From the NCBI RefSeq assembly GCF_000315625.1, contig NW_005434636.1, positions 62,001 through 126,000 on the forward strand: a DNA stretch of 64,000 nt, given 5' to 3'. This stretch comes from Guillardia theta CCMP2712 (lineage: Eukaryota > Protista > Cryptophyta). The notes below the pieces were generated by a model that saw only the letters and a list, made by a program, of their open reading frames with translations, made no database searches and was not told where the DNA came from. The position numbers and the translations under genes are program-made. Position 1 is the first letter of the stretch. Each line of letters begins with the position of its first letter. This document shows, one piece after another, positions 1 through 11,963 of the stretch.

Positions 1-590
1 AGTTGACAAAGACGTAGTCGAGACCCTCTAGCTCACATCGTTGTAGGTGGAGCTCAAGGCCCGAGCTTTTTGCGCCGCAGGTTGGAGGGGACGAGGAGGG
101 ATTTGTTCCAGGGAGGAGGAAGAGAAAGAGGAGGAGGGCTGGAAGCATGCATGAGACAGCAGAGGTCAGAGAAACCTCTGAGGGGGAGGAGGAGGACAAG
201 CAAGCGCGGGCAGGGGTCACACAGCAAAGAAAGGGGACGCAATGGGAGTAGGGAAAAGGGGGATCAGGAATAAAATGGAAAAATCAAGGAGGATGGGGAG
301 GGAGGAGAAAGATACAGGGGCAGCATCTGCCGCGAGGTAGCACAAGAGATTGGGGAGGAAGTCCCGGCCTGTGCGATCCTTGATCTTGTACAGGACATGG
401 CGATACAAGCTTGCATGTTGCGTTAACAGAACCCTGAGCACTCGGCAAACGTTGCGAATGATGGAATAGCAGACATACATTGCATAACAACTTAAACATA
501 ACAAGGTGAAAAATTAAACATTCAACACATCCTGCGGCGTCTTCACACTGATCGACCGTTCTCCACATACGACCAGGACACGAGCCGGTG

Positions 591-1604
591 TCATTCAAGG
601 AACGACTGGAGCAGATCGGTGCTGTCCCCTCCACCCTTCATCTCGGGCAGGACGATATCATCCTCCTTCAGCGCCTTCGCTTGCAAGCAGACAGGATAGT
701 TGATAGCACCATCGTCAAGATCCAACGAGTCGTCTTCAAGTCCATCAAGCTCGCTGCACGCATCTGTAGATGAAAACAACTTGCCAAACTGTTCCCTTTC
801 GCCCTCCCCTTCCGGAAAGCAGAATCTGCCCTGACTCCCGGCTGCTGCTCCTCCTTCGACTTCCTTGTAAGACCCTCCTCCTACCTCCTGCTCCTCCATA
901 TCTGAGCAGCACGTGGAGGCGACGGTACTTCTGTCCGACATGTCCTGATCCTTCGCAACCACAAGCCCCTCGCTGTCCTCGTCCTCTGAAACTTGCTCCT
1001 CCGTTCCGCTCTCGTCCAAGACGTTCAGTCGATACAGGAAGGGGTTTCCTGCCCCTCCCTTGCCGATCCGATGTATCCTCCTGGAGCTAACCAACCGGCG
1101 AAGCGCCTTGCCTGTCCCAGTGTTATCGCCAATGAAGGAGCGGATGACTTTCTCTGTGACGAGCTCCTGGTGGAGCTTGAAGAAGCTGATGATCCTGTCC
1201 TCTACTCTCTTCAGCCGCATCTCCACCACTGGATCCTTCAACCCCTCTCGCAGTGCTTCAGAGGGAGATCTGACGACCTTGTACAAGAAAGGTTCGCTGG
1301 ACCCTCCCTTTCCCATCCTCTCCACCACAGATAGTGCCATCAAGCGCCTTAGAATCTCTCGCGTGTATCGATTGTCGCCAACAGCTGACAAGATTTGTCG
1401 CTCAGTGACAGGCTGATCCCCGATCGCCCGGAGTATGTCTTCTTGCTTGTTGGATGACTTGTTCTTGGACGAATCTTCCACTGGTAGGAATGGTTTTGGA
1501 TTCTTTGCAACATTCAAATTCTTTGCAACATTCGGATTCTCAGCCACTTGCGACTTGGGCAGTAGCAATCTCTTCTTGTTCAATCTTTGTGGGCGACTAG
1601 GCAT
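591..1604 (-). CDS. Tandem winged-helix/HTH domain protein with acidic C-terminal tail (putative transcription regulator)
   Basis: Single-exon ORF, first ATG at 1604 (MPSRPQR). Two ~55-aa repeats: VTERQILSAVGDNRYTREILRRL...RMGKGGSSEPFLY and VTEKVIRSFIGDNTGTGKALRRL...RIGKGGAGNPFLY. These resemble the plant 'GDSPDTSKALR...GxGGxxDPxxY' HTH family (from recall). Confidence 0.7.
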   Translation of the reverse strand: MPSRPQRLNKKRLLLPKSQVAENPNVAKNLNVAKNPKPFLPVEDSSKNKSSNKQEDILRAIGDQPVTERQILSAVGDNRYTREILRRLMALSVVERMGKGGSSEPFLYKVVRSPSEALREGLKDPVVEMRLKRVEDRIISFFKLHQELVTEKVIRSFIGDNTGTGKALRRLVSSRRIHRIGKGGAGNPFLYRLNVLDESGTEEQVSEDEDSEGLVVAKDQDMSDRSTVASTCCSDMEEQEVGGGSYKEVEGGAAAGSQGRFCFPEGEGEREQFGKLFSSTDACSELDGLEDDSLDLDDGAINYPVCLQAKALKEDDIVLPEMKGGGDSTDLLQSFLE

Positions 1605-2934
1605 GGCAACTAAGACAATCGGGATCAAACTTGTTGAAACCAATGTCTGCCCATGGACCGATGAAAGACTTGTGGGGAATTACCACTCAAAACCGAAGAT
1701 TGTCTCCAAATCGACCAATGTTCCGTAGGAAACTAAATGGGAAATGTTCCTAGCAAGAAAGTTACTCTCACCAAGAGAACAAAATGGAGATGAAGGTGTG
1801 CAAGGCTACAGAACAAACTGTAGAGGCAGAAGGCCGGAAAGGAGGGTACAGGAAAAGAAGCGACGGTCAAGATAAAGATAGAGAAGTAGAAGGAGCGTAC
1901 ACTCAGATATTCATAACGGGTCAAAGACAATCAAGGAATGACAAGAGACGTAGCAGATGAAAAATCACAATCAGTTGTGCGATTGATTGGTCGTGACGGT
2001 CGTCAAGTCATGACAACGAAGGGTCGTGAAAGACAAGACTAGATCATTGCAAGAGGGTGATGATCGATCATCGTTGATAAGAGAAGAGACCGAAGGACAA
2101 CAGAAGGGGAGCACAGAGGCTGGAAGAGGGATCTGGGAACATCGGAGCAGGGTGTATCTAAGGGAAGGCGGGAAGCGAGGGGAGGGTAGTTGGAGAGGGT
2201 TTCGGATTTCAGTTGAGCCGTTACGTCTGGTTATCACCGTTTCGGTTGACGTTACACTTCCGTTAAGATTGTCCGGTCCCCATCCGGCGATTTCCTCAGC
2301 AGAATTAGAACACATCCTGCGAAACTCTCGTTAATAATATGACCCTACCCCTTCAAACGAGCAAATCAACTTTTTGTGGATGTAGCTGTCAACTACCCAT
2401 CAAATCCACTTTCAGACTACCCCTCCTTTCAGCTTTAATCGCTGTACCGGACCACCTCAGAATTGGGACCCATAAAAAAGAAAACGCGGTCTCCATCCAT
2501 CGGTGGCATGCTCGAAATGTTGCGCGGCACATGCTTGCTATGGATGGCACCCCCGCATTCATCCTCCTCCTCCTCCCTTCATCTTCCGCAGAACATGAGT
2601 CCTCTCTGTTATGTTTGTTCCTTGGGTCCTTGTTCCCTTGCAATTTTCTCTTTCTGAACCTCTTCCCTTGTATTTCCAATGATTTGGCGGGGCTTTTCGA
2701 TTTATCTTGTGTCACGTCGTCCTGTGCATCGGTTCATCTCTTCTTATTCATACAATCCTAGTCTGCTTGTCAACCCCTTCGTTTTGAAGCGCGAGATTCC
2801 CTGCATATTCCTCTTCCTTGAAACAGCCTTACTCTCCACGTTCAGAAGTTTGATCCCTTCTTCTTGTTTCTCATGACTCGCTTCTGCGTGTAAATTCAAA
2901 CACTCATTTTCATCATTTGCAGGTTTTTTCAAGC

Positions 2935-3846
2935 ATGATGACGATCGCGTGGCCTTACTTGGTTTGGTCCCAAGCTTCACCATTGGTTCTTTTAGCTTTC
3001 ATACTCTTCACTTCATGTGTTGCATACTTCGTTTTGCGAATTTGGTCGTCAGAAACAACGCGCTTGATCGACAAAGATAATAAGGATAAAGCTGCAGATC
3101 ATCGTCGAGCACCTGTGGTTGAAACTAGAGTGAAATCGAGCGAAGGGGGATCAAGGAGAACGTCAACGGACGGGCGGCGAGGCTCAAGTTTTGGGCCCAA
3201 CGTGGATCCTGTGATGGCGTTAGAGATCAAGTCTTTGCGGGAGTCGATGCTGCATGCGCAGGCGACGGGGGACAAGGAACTTGAGTGCATGTCCTCGATT
3301 ATTCTTGCAGAGAAGTGTCTTTCCGTCTCGGAGTTGGAGCGTGCTATTCGTTCCGGTATGCAGGCGCTAGAAGTGGCTAGGTCCGCGCAGGATCGATCGA
3401 TGGAAGGAAGAGCGAATGAGATTCTTGCGCGGATACACTTGCAGTTGCACCAGATCGATCATGCGTCGAAGTACGCGAACCAGGCTCTAAACATCTCCAA
3501 GGCGATACAGAACAAGAAGCTGGAGGGAGAGGCCTGTGCCATTCTTGTCCACTGCCTTCTGCATTGCTCAGAGTCAAACAAGAATCAGCATGGCGAGAGA
3601 AGGGTTGTGAGACCTCCTTCGTTCAATCAACTCGCCGCTCCTCCAGCCCGACAGCGCCATTCGCTCACTTCCAACAGTGATCGGTTTCAGAAGAGCAGCA
3701 CGAATGCTCGAATCCTGCGGCAAGCGAAGATTGAGGAGAACATCTCAAGAGCGTTGAGCCACTCGAATGAGATTGACGCTTTCAATAGCGAAATGTCAAA
3801 CAACGGTCCTAATTGCAACTTGTTTGTTCGCAGGAGTTCATTCTGA
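2935..3846 (+). CDS. N-terminally membrane-anchored TPR-like repeat protein
   Basis: Intronless ~303-aa ORF with a hydrophobic N-terminal segment (PLVLLAFILFTSCVAYFVL) and TPR-like helical repeats (ALEVARSAQDRSMEGRANEILARIH...ALNISKAIQNKKLEGEA). Confidence 0.7.
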   Translation: MMTIAWPYLVWSQASPLVLLAFILFTSCVAYFVLRIWSSETTRLIDKDNKDKAADHRRAPVVETRVKSSEGGSRRTSTDGRRGSSFGPNVDPVMALEIKSLRESMLHAQATGDKELECMSSIILAEKCLSVSELERAIRSGMQALEVARSAQDRSMEGRANEILARIHLQLHQIDHASKYANQALNISKAIQNKKLEGEACAILVHCLLHCSESNKNQHGERRVVRPPSFNQLAAPPARQRHSLTSNSDRFQKSSTNARILRQAKIEENISRALSHSNEIDAFNSEMSNNGPNCNLFVRRSSF

Positions 3847-5781
3847 GGGCTACTATGATTTTCTGCTGGCCGCGCCCCCTGGCTCCGAGCTTCTTTTCAA
3901 GTCACGCATGTGCGCTTTGTAGATACTGATGGTTATTCCTTATTCTTTTCAATCAAGCAAGTTTTAATTCAAACCCGTTGCCCGGAGAAGCCGTCACTCC
4001 GACAGTGGGGGCCCGCGGTGCACCAGGCCCGGCCTCGCCGGGGTCGGTCCGGAGTCCCGCCCCCGGCCGCCCGCCGGCGCGGCCCGCCGGCTGCGTCACA
4101 CGGTTGAGTAGAACCCAGCTCTTATATACAACTGTTTTATAAATTTAGATATATATCTTCTGAGCAGCCTCAGATATGATTTGTACGTATGCTATTTTAC
4201 ATTATAATATGGTACAGATGGGTAGGAGAAAACTGCATACGTCTTCAAAAGCTAAATTCATTTAAAAGTACATAAAATCCCTATTGTATCCTGATTTGTA
4301 CTACCAGTTGTGAAAATGAATTATATTATTATATACTTTGTGGTGTTTTTACTCCCTTGTAGGGGTAAAGGCAGTGAAAGGGGGGTGGGGTCATATGAGC
4401 TAATTATGGGTGGGTCAACACAGATACAGGGTAGGGTGCTAGGGTTGTAGTTCAAAGAAAGTGAGACGTAGAGGACACATGGGGTACTGGTGGAACCACA
4501 TGGGGTAGTGATAGACCCCTTAGTAGGCCTCCATTTTTGTGGCCACGGTGAGGTGGGGGTGGGTTGAAAAACAATTGTATGGTGGGGTAGTGTTTTTCAT
4601 GAGGTAGGGTGCCATTGGAAGTCTTGACTGGTACACAACTACCCTACCCCCTCATCCCATCTCTACACTGTGTCATGCTGAAATTTTTTAGATCGGGAGC
4701 CGTTAGTGCGCTGGAGGGTAGGGTAGGAGCAGATTCAAGGAAATTGTGGGGGTGGGTGAATCCAAATGGAAAAAGGCCATGGAATCGAGGAATCGTGGGA
4801 CATGAGGTAGGGTGGTCCAGATGGTCCATCTGGCAGTACCCCTAAGAATATCAGGAGATTTTGCTATTACGAGTGATGTGGGGTCATGAAAGTAGGGTTG
4901 AGTTGCACAGGTAGGGTACTATGGGGGGGGGGGGGGTCATTGGTACATGAGTTGGGGTGGGATGTGCTTGTTGGGACATTGTGTAAAGACACAGGGGTAC
5001 CTGGGGTGGGTTATTACTCGATGATCAAGGGGGTAGTGTATTGAAATGAATTGGGTATGAGAGTCAATGATCTGGACATGTCAGGGGGTAGGGTAGGGTA
5101 GGGTAGTAAGAGGCGGCGCGGTTGCGTTTTGTAATGTTTGGGCAGTGAGTGTGGACGGAGAGGACATGGAGGATGAGTCCGAGAGAGGAGGAAAAACATG
5201 AGAATGAAACAACGCAAACATACCAAAATTTCCTTGAGTTCGTTCCTTGGGGAGTTTTGGGAGAATAGGGCAGTTGCAGGACACACAAGCGCTGGATGCA
5301 GTACCAGTTTAGCAACCAGGTGGCGACAGCGTTTAAGTGAAATGCACAGCTATGAGGCTCAAGCGAGAAGTTTTCCAAGGCGTTTTAGCTATTATCAACT
5401 CAACTTTGGTGTATTCGGAGCCTTCGTCTGATTTCTACTGATAGTGCATTGCTGGGAAACCATGTGGTGGTCAATGCATGTGATGAACAGTTACTGAGGG
5501 GGTTTAGCAAGGGTTTCTTCTCTTCTTTGGAGTATTTGCGAGCGGCTTTGTCCACTTTAGCTACCCATGTGTCTGTAGTCAATCGAAAAACAATTATGCA
5601 TGCTGTAGAATGTAGGTTTGAAACCTGGAATACGTCGTCATGTATTCTTGTCTAACTTGCACCGGCAGGAATATCAAGTGTTGCATAGAGCCTACATTTT
5701 TAAATCCGGTTCAGCTTGCATGATTGGACTTGGCCTCCGAGATCCTCTCATTACAACAGCTACTGGGTTTGTGTGCTAGCG

Positions 5782-7431
5782 ATGACATTAACTTCGTCTG
5801 CAATGGAGTGGCCTAAGAGAAACGAAGAAGCCTTTCAACGGGGGAAGAGGGTCATAAATCCTGAAAAATTAGTCCCCATGAATGACTTTGCCAGTGCAGG
5901 TCTTGCAATCTTTGGAATGCGATGCACTCAGTTTCAGTTCGGATGACCTTTTACACCTTACCCTGGAGATTTTCCTTGAAGTAAGCTTTTTGTATTGACA
6001 AAGTCTTGCGTATTTGTGACCAAAGCTTTCTATCAATCATTGTATCATCTCTTCATTAACACCCCCGTGCAGCAAGAATTCCCGAAGAAAGTTAATGTTT
6101 CCGAGGAGAAATTGAAGAAATTCATCCTGTGAGATTGTTCGATCGGTGCTCTCGAAGTCGTGACCAGTAGCAAATCAGCTGTGTTCGTTCTTGCATGTTC
6201 GACAATCCTTATCACAACTGGTTTCATGCCTTCGATGTTACCCAGGTCGAACTGCTCTTCAGAATCATTGTTGAGAACTGAACTGGTTCCATCTTGTCAG
6301 ACTGTTTACTGCATGTCTCTCACCGGCGAGACATACAAGACCCTGACTGATGTAGAGTATTTCGCCCTGATCGTGTCGGCACTTTGCCACGACTTGGAGC
6401 ACCCTGGAGTCAACAATCCGTAATAGCGATTTTTGTGCCTTCTTTTGATGCGCTGATACCTGTCTGGTTCAGATTTCTTGTTTCTTCGCGTTCCGATCTT
6501 GCTACTTTGTATAACGATCGTTCGGTACTGGAGAACCACCATTGCTGCAGAGCCTTTCAGGCAGATTTTGTTGATAGGCTATTGTTATGTAGTGATCATC
6601 ATTCTGCAGCTTATGTTACATTCTGAGATTCAACTGTTATCCGAATTCACAAATGCGCAATACATCGCTTTTAGGTACCTCACTGACGATTCTTTGCTTC
6701 ACGTAACTCTTTACTTGCAGAGCTGTTGTGTTGAACAATATCTTGGCAACGGATATGGCAAGGTAAATGCATGAAATGTGATTTGATGAAACGCTGACCT
6801 CGATCCAGGCATGGAGAGTACACAACAAAGCTGAAACGTCTTACGGATCCCAATACCCCACCTGATGATCGGAAGATGGACAAGCAATTTGAGATGGAGA
6901 TTATAATTAAGTGCGCAGACACGTCGAATGTACTACAAGCTTTTGATTGTCCGATTCTGTTTGTAACGTTGAAATCTTTCAGGTGTTGAAGCCTTTTGAT
7001 ATAGCGAAAAAATGGGCCATGCGCGTGACCGATGAATTCTTCTTGCAAGGTATCGTGTATCCTAGACAGATGTATGCATGGTTGACACAGGAACAGGCGA
7101 CAAGGAGAAAGCATCTGGAATGCCGCTCACTCCTATGTGCGACAGAACGTCGCAGGTACAAAAGGAGCCACTGAAGTGAGGCATTGACTGACTGCTGCTT
7201 GGCAGGGGAGAGTTGCTCTGCAGAAGGGTTTTGTTGATTTTGTTATCGGGCCGTACTACAAACTCGTTGCAGCGGCATTTCCCAACCTCACCCCGGTTTG
7301 ATCAAGATGAGATCATTCAGCTATCGTGACATGCATTCATACAGGTTTTCAGTCTCCTCACAGACAACCGCAAAGCATGGAACAACTACGATGACAAGAC
7401 CTTAGCAGATGAACTCGGAGACATGTACTGA
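5782..7431 (+). CDS. Class I 3',5'-cyclic nucleotide phosphodiesterase (multi-exon; start approximate)
   Basis: Spliced exons give NPYHNWFHAFDVTQ, CHDLEHPGVNN, LYNDRSVLENHH, ILATDM, IKCADTSN, EFFLQGDKE and QKGFVDFVI, which are the canonical PDEase_I motifs. Stop TGA at 7429-7431. Confidence 0.93.
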
Positions 7432-7718
7432 GATTGTGATTGTCTTTTTCTCGCGCAAGGAATCCTCGGCTGTCTTCATGCGGGGAAAGCGAGACACTGC
7501 TCTTCATGGAAAAGAGAGTTTGGAAGAGACAGCAGCGGATTATAGTAAGAATAGTCAAACTGAAGTAAATAATGGCGATGGGTCCAGGCGTGCATCACGA
7601 GATGATCCGTTTGATCATGTCGCTGTCACCTCGCATACATGTTGCATCTGATTCACACGCGCTCTGCTTGATCGTCTTGAAGATGTCAAGTCAGCTAGCG
7701 GCAGTTCGCCAGATAATG

Positions 7719-10700
7719 TCATGGCGCATTATCGAGGGTGCGGACGAAGCAGGATGAACCTCCGAGGCAGGGGAGGCATCGGAAGAATCCTCTAGGTGGA
7801 GCATCGTCCGACGTCCCGCCAGTTGCCCCCATCACGCTCCTCCTAGCGGCATCCTCCTGCGCCTGCAAGGTTTGTCTGCGATCAGCCTCATAGGCTTCCA
7901 GGAGGAGCTTGATGGCAGGAGAGTGAAGGGCTTCTGCCATCGTCATAGCGGTTTGCTTGCTGCTAGTTTGCAAGGAAGGATCAGCTCGGTGCTTGAGCAA
8001 CAGGTCGACGAACTCGACTTGGTCGTTCTCAACAGCCATGTGGAGAGCTGTCTTTCCTTGCTCGTGCTCGATGACCTGATTCACCTCGAACTCGCCTGAT
8101 AGCAGCAAGTGGTGCATGCTGATCAGGTTTGAGTCCAACATGTGCTGTATCACTTGCTGTTTCAGTCTCGCTCGCTCAGCGTCGCCCTGCGCTGCTTCGG
8201 TTCCGCTTTCTTGCTCGTCTCCTCGTGTCACTGCAAGCGCCACCATGCTCCGCGGGTTCCCGACCAGCAGAGCATCGATGACGTGGACAGCAAGGTCCCA
8301 CGTGCTCATCCCGTCGACCGCGTGGATCAAGTCGCCGACCTGCAGCAGGCCGCTCTTGCCCGCTGCCTCCTGGGAGAGAAGTGAGAGATGAGAGCTGAGG
8401 GCTGAGGGAGCAGGGAGAGGAGCAGGGAGCTGTGCTGGGACAGACCTGAGGATGGACGGAGACGACGTGAGCAGGGCCGTTGGGCTGAGGCTTGGAAATG
8501 GAGATACCGAGACCGACTCTCTCTGTCGCCTGCCCCTCGTTCCTCAGCACGATGATGGTACGAGGCGCTTCTCCTCCTTCCTGACCCTGCGGCTCGTGGG
8601 CAAGAAGCGACTGCGAGGAAGAGACGTCAGCCCTCGCATCCTTGGGACGAGGATGCGAGTCTGTTTGCGGCTTGTCAGTGAAGGGAGACTTGGCACGAGG
8701 AGGGAGCAGAGGAGCATCGGGAAGGGCTGGGCTGCTGGGGGTTCTGCTATGGATGTTGCTGAAGAACTCTGAGAGGGTTGTGGTCGTATTGGTGGACTCG
8801 GAGCGATCGGTCGTTGGGGTGATGACGGGGAGGGAGGAGTCCGGGTCATGCCCAGAGTCGTCCCAGATGTTGCTCAGGTTGTGTTGCTCCACCTCTCCCC
8901 CACCTGGGTCGCGTCAAACACTTTGACAACCGTCGGACGTCAACAACCCATGTCCGTCGAGGAGGCTCCGAGCTGCTGGAAGATAGCGTCGAGCGAATTC
9001 TCCTTGCCGTGCGCTGTCTGCTCCCGCCAGAGGGGAACATCTGCCAAGGGCACCAGCTCTTCTTCCTGCTTTCCTGGGATGTGGTCTTGTTTGCAACCTC
9101 GTCAAGAATGCAAGAGGAAGAAGGAAGAGGAGAGAAGAGACAAGAGGCAGCAGGAAGAATGTAGAAGGAAGGAGTGAGGAGGAAGGAGAAAGGAAGAGAA
9201 GGAGACAGAGGAAGAGAAGGGGGAATGGTTTACCTGGCAATGAGAAATTTGGATCTCTGGCATTGAAGAGATGAACATTCCTAAAAGGAAAGTAGCCGCA
9301 GCTCTTTCGCAGGAGGGAGAGATCTCCTGGGAACCTCATCGTTCTTGTCTCATGATTTCCTATCTGCAAACAATACTGAGCTCCGCTCGTCGTGTTCGTC
9401 GCCTTCAATCACCTTCACCCCGAAGATCCAATCCATCCCTTGAGATTTGAAATCGTGAAAGGAGACGTCCAAGACTTCGTCCTTGGATATCGAGAGCTGA
9501 CCTGGGGGGTGGAGGTCTCTAGGAGGGAGGGAAGGGAGGAGGAGGCAAACCTTTGTTGTGCGCCTTCCACGTCTCAACACATCTCGCCTTCATCTCAGAG
9601 CCGAAGATCCACGTCCTGCCCTCATCCTCGTCAGCTTGCTGGCCTCGCATCCCCTTCAGTCTCACTGGGCCGGGAGCACGCAGCTCTCGAGCATGGCGAG
9701 CTTGACAGCGGTCAGCAGCAGCAGAGAAAGAAGCTGACAGACCCGAGCGACAAAGTCGGAGGGGCAGGCGGGCAGATCCTCCGACTCGGACGCTTTCGAT
9801 TCGTCACTTGATCCAGGGGAAGCTGCGAGACGCCATGAGGGAGAAATGGGAGAGGAAAGCGATAAAAAATGAGATGAGATGAGATGAGATGAGATGAGAT
9901 GAGATGAGATGAGATGAGATGAGACGAGACGAGATGAGATGAGACGAAGGAAAAAACGAGGAGAGGGGAGAATAGAGGAGAACAGAAGAGGAGAGAAGAG
10001 GAGAGAAGAGGAGCGGAGACAGATAAGATAAAATGAGAGATGTGAGAGAAGAGAAGAAAGGAAAAAAACAGATGTGGGATTGAACAAGAGAGGAGCGAAG
10101 AGAGGAGACCGAGGGAAGAGGAATAATCTGTTTCTTGCAAGGAGCTTCTTGTGAAGACTTTTTTGACCGGTACTCCCTTCTCTCTACTTTTCTCCTCAGG
10201 GAATTGCTGCAAAGTTTTCGTCATCTGACCCATCAGCTCGCATCAGAGGTACCTGAAGCATCAGCAGCCCCTTGCGCACGCCCTCTGCCTCGTCCTGATC
10301 GCCTCTCAGCGACATCGCCACAAGCTCCAGCTGGTCCTCCATGACTGCAGGGCAAGTAAGAACCTGTCAGCTGCTCCTTTCCTGCCGCATCCCTCCGACC
10401 TGTCTCTTCCCCTCGCGATGCTGGCGCTCTGCATGGAACCATTTCAGTTGTTCCTCTCCTCGATAGAAGCTCTACCTGTTCGCTTCCTCCTCCTCAGCTC
10501 TCCCTCTCTTCACCTCCACGCTAGTGAAGTCGATGGCTCTCACGTTCCCTTGCACAGTCTCTCTCCTCGCCACCCTCAGTCTTGGCGCCTCCTCCTCAGG
10601 CTCTGCAGGCTGAGATTAGCGAGGAGAAGGAAGGAGCAGGGCGGACCTCTCTCCCTCATGATCGAGCTCTTCTCCACACTGCTGCTTCCCGCTCGTCTCG

Positions 10701-11073
10701 TTCCCCCGAGCACTGGAGGAGAGAAGGAAGGTTCAGCAGGAGGCAGGGAGGGCCTCGAGGACGGCAGCGACTTTGAGAGCGACGGGGGAGGAAGAAAGGG
10801 CTCGGGAGGAGGGAGGCCGCTGGATGGATGGCGGTAGCCAGAGAGAGATCTGAGCTTGTCCATGCTGCTGCTGTTGGAGTAGCGAGAAGAAAACTCAAGA
10901 GGAGGAGAAGGTCTATCAAGACGAGGGGCTCGATGCCATGAAGGCTGTGGATCCACATGGAACTGAGATGGTGGATGATTGGAGGAGGAGGAGGAGAGAG
11001 GAGAAGGTCGTTGGTGAGCTGGAGCATTGTTCTGCATCCTTGCTCTCAGCTGGTCGATCGTGCTCACCGCCAT
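7719..11073 (-). CDS. SH3-PDZ-ankyrin repeat protein with Ser/Pro-rich N-terminus (multi-exon; 5' part tentative)
   Basis: SH3 after removing two 49-nt introns: ARCVETWKAHNKGQLSISKDEVLDV...WIFG...GYFPFRNV. PDZ: GLGISI...VVSVHP|AAGKSGLLQVGDLIHAVDG. Ankyrin: GKTALHMAVENDQVEFVDLLLKHRAD. Cys-rich C-terminus. Confidence 0.75.
9871..9945. repeat. (GAGAT)n/(GAGAC) pentanucleotide microsatellite, intronic
   Basis: About 15 tandem units seen directly. Confidence 0.95.
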
Positions 11074-11318
11074 TGTGTGCGGCTTCGAGAGGTTCTGGCC
11101 CGTTGACTTTTACGGCAGGACCAAGAGCGACATGGTTAGGAGCAGGAGAAGAACTCAGAGCCTTGTGGTTCAACAGAGAGGCCGACTGTGCGACAAGTTG
11201 GATCTTGAAAGGCTCGTCATGCAGACTCTTCAAGCACCTGAAAGTAGAGTCAGTCAACACTGCCAAATCTACTCATCTGTCTCTGGTCATGTACTAGTTG
11301 TCTCTCTGCTTTTTGCTA

Positions 11319-11368
<50 letters not shown>

Positions 11369-11655
11369 CGCTCCTTCTGCTCCTGCTCCTGCTCCTGCTC
11401 CTCCTCCCCCTCCTCCTCCCCCTCCTGCTCCTTTTCCTTTTCCTTTTCCTTCTTCTTCTTCTCCTCCTTTTCCTCCTTTTCCTCCTTTTCCTCCTTCTCC
11501 TCCTTTTCCTCCTTCTCCTTTTGCTTCTTCTTCTCCTTCCCCTCCTTCTCCTCCTCCTTCTCCTTCTTCTTCTTCTCCTTCTCCTCCTCCTTCTCCTCCT
11601 CCTTCTCCTCCTTCTCCTTCCCCTTCTTCTGCTTCCTCTTCTTCTCCCCTTCCCT
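11319..11655. repeat. (CTCCTG)n microsatellite grading into a degenerate CCT/CTT polypyrimidine tract
   Basis: Seen directly in the sequence. Confidence 0.95.
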
Positions 11656-11963
11656 CTGATCTCATATTTCTGCTATCGTCATTTTCGAAGCCCAGCTTCC
11701 GGACCTACCTTTTCAGAACTTTTTACACGCCTGCAACACGCCTTCTCACCAAGTTCCGAGTTCAAAACTCAGTCAAGTTTCAACTTTCAAACTTCATCCG
11801 GCACTCAACTTCATAGTCTACTGATCCGATCAGATCGGTCTCCCAGCACCAGTCATCATCCATTAGAGACATGAAACTTCATTAATCTCTTACAAACTTG
11901 AGACAACAATATGTATCACTCAAAAACGTAAGATGACTTGATTTATCATATGTTATCCAACAG

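Noticed and set aside
1733-2900. Several 60-140 aa ORFs in the divergent spacer
   Set aside because: GA- or CT-skewed low-complexity promoter-like DNA with no motifs.
5084-5105. (GGGTA)n as an interstitial telomere
   Set aside because: Only four units, and not the TTAGGG/TTTAGGG type. It is better explained as part of the local GGGTA motif cluster.
11027-11874. Pro-rich, Gly/Glu-rich and poly-Leu ORFs resembling formin or extensin
   Set aside because: They are translations of a CTCCTG/CCT microsatellite that is open in several frames.
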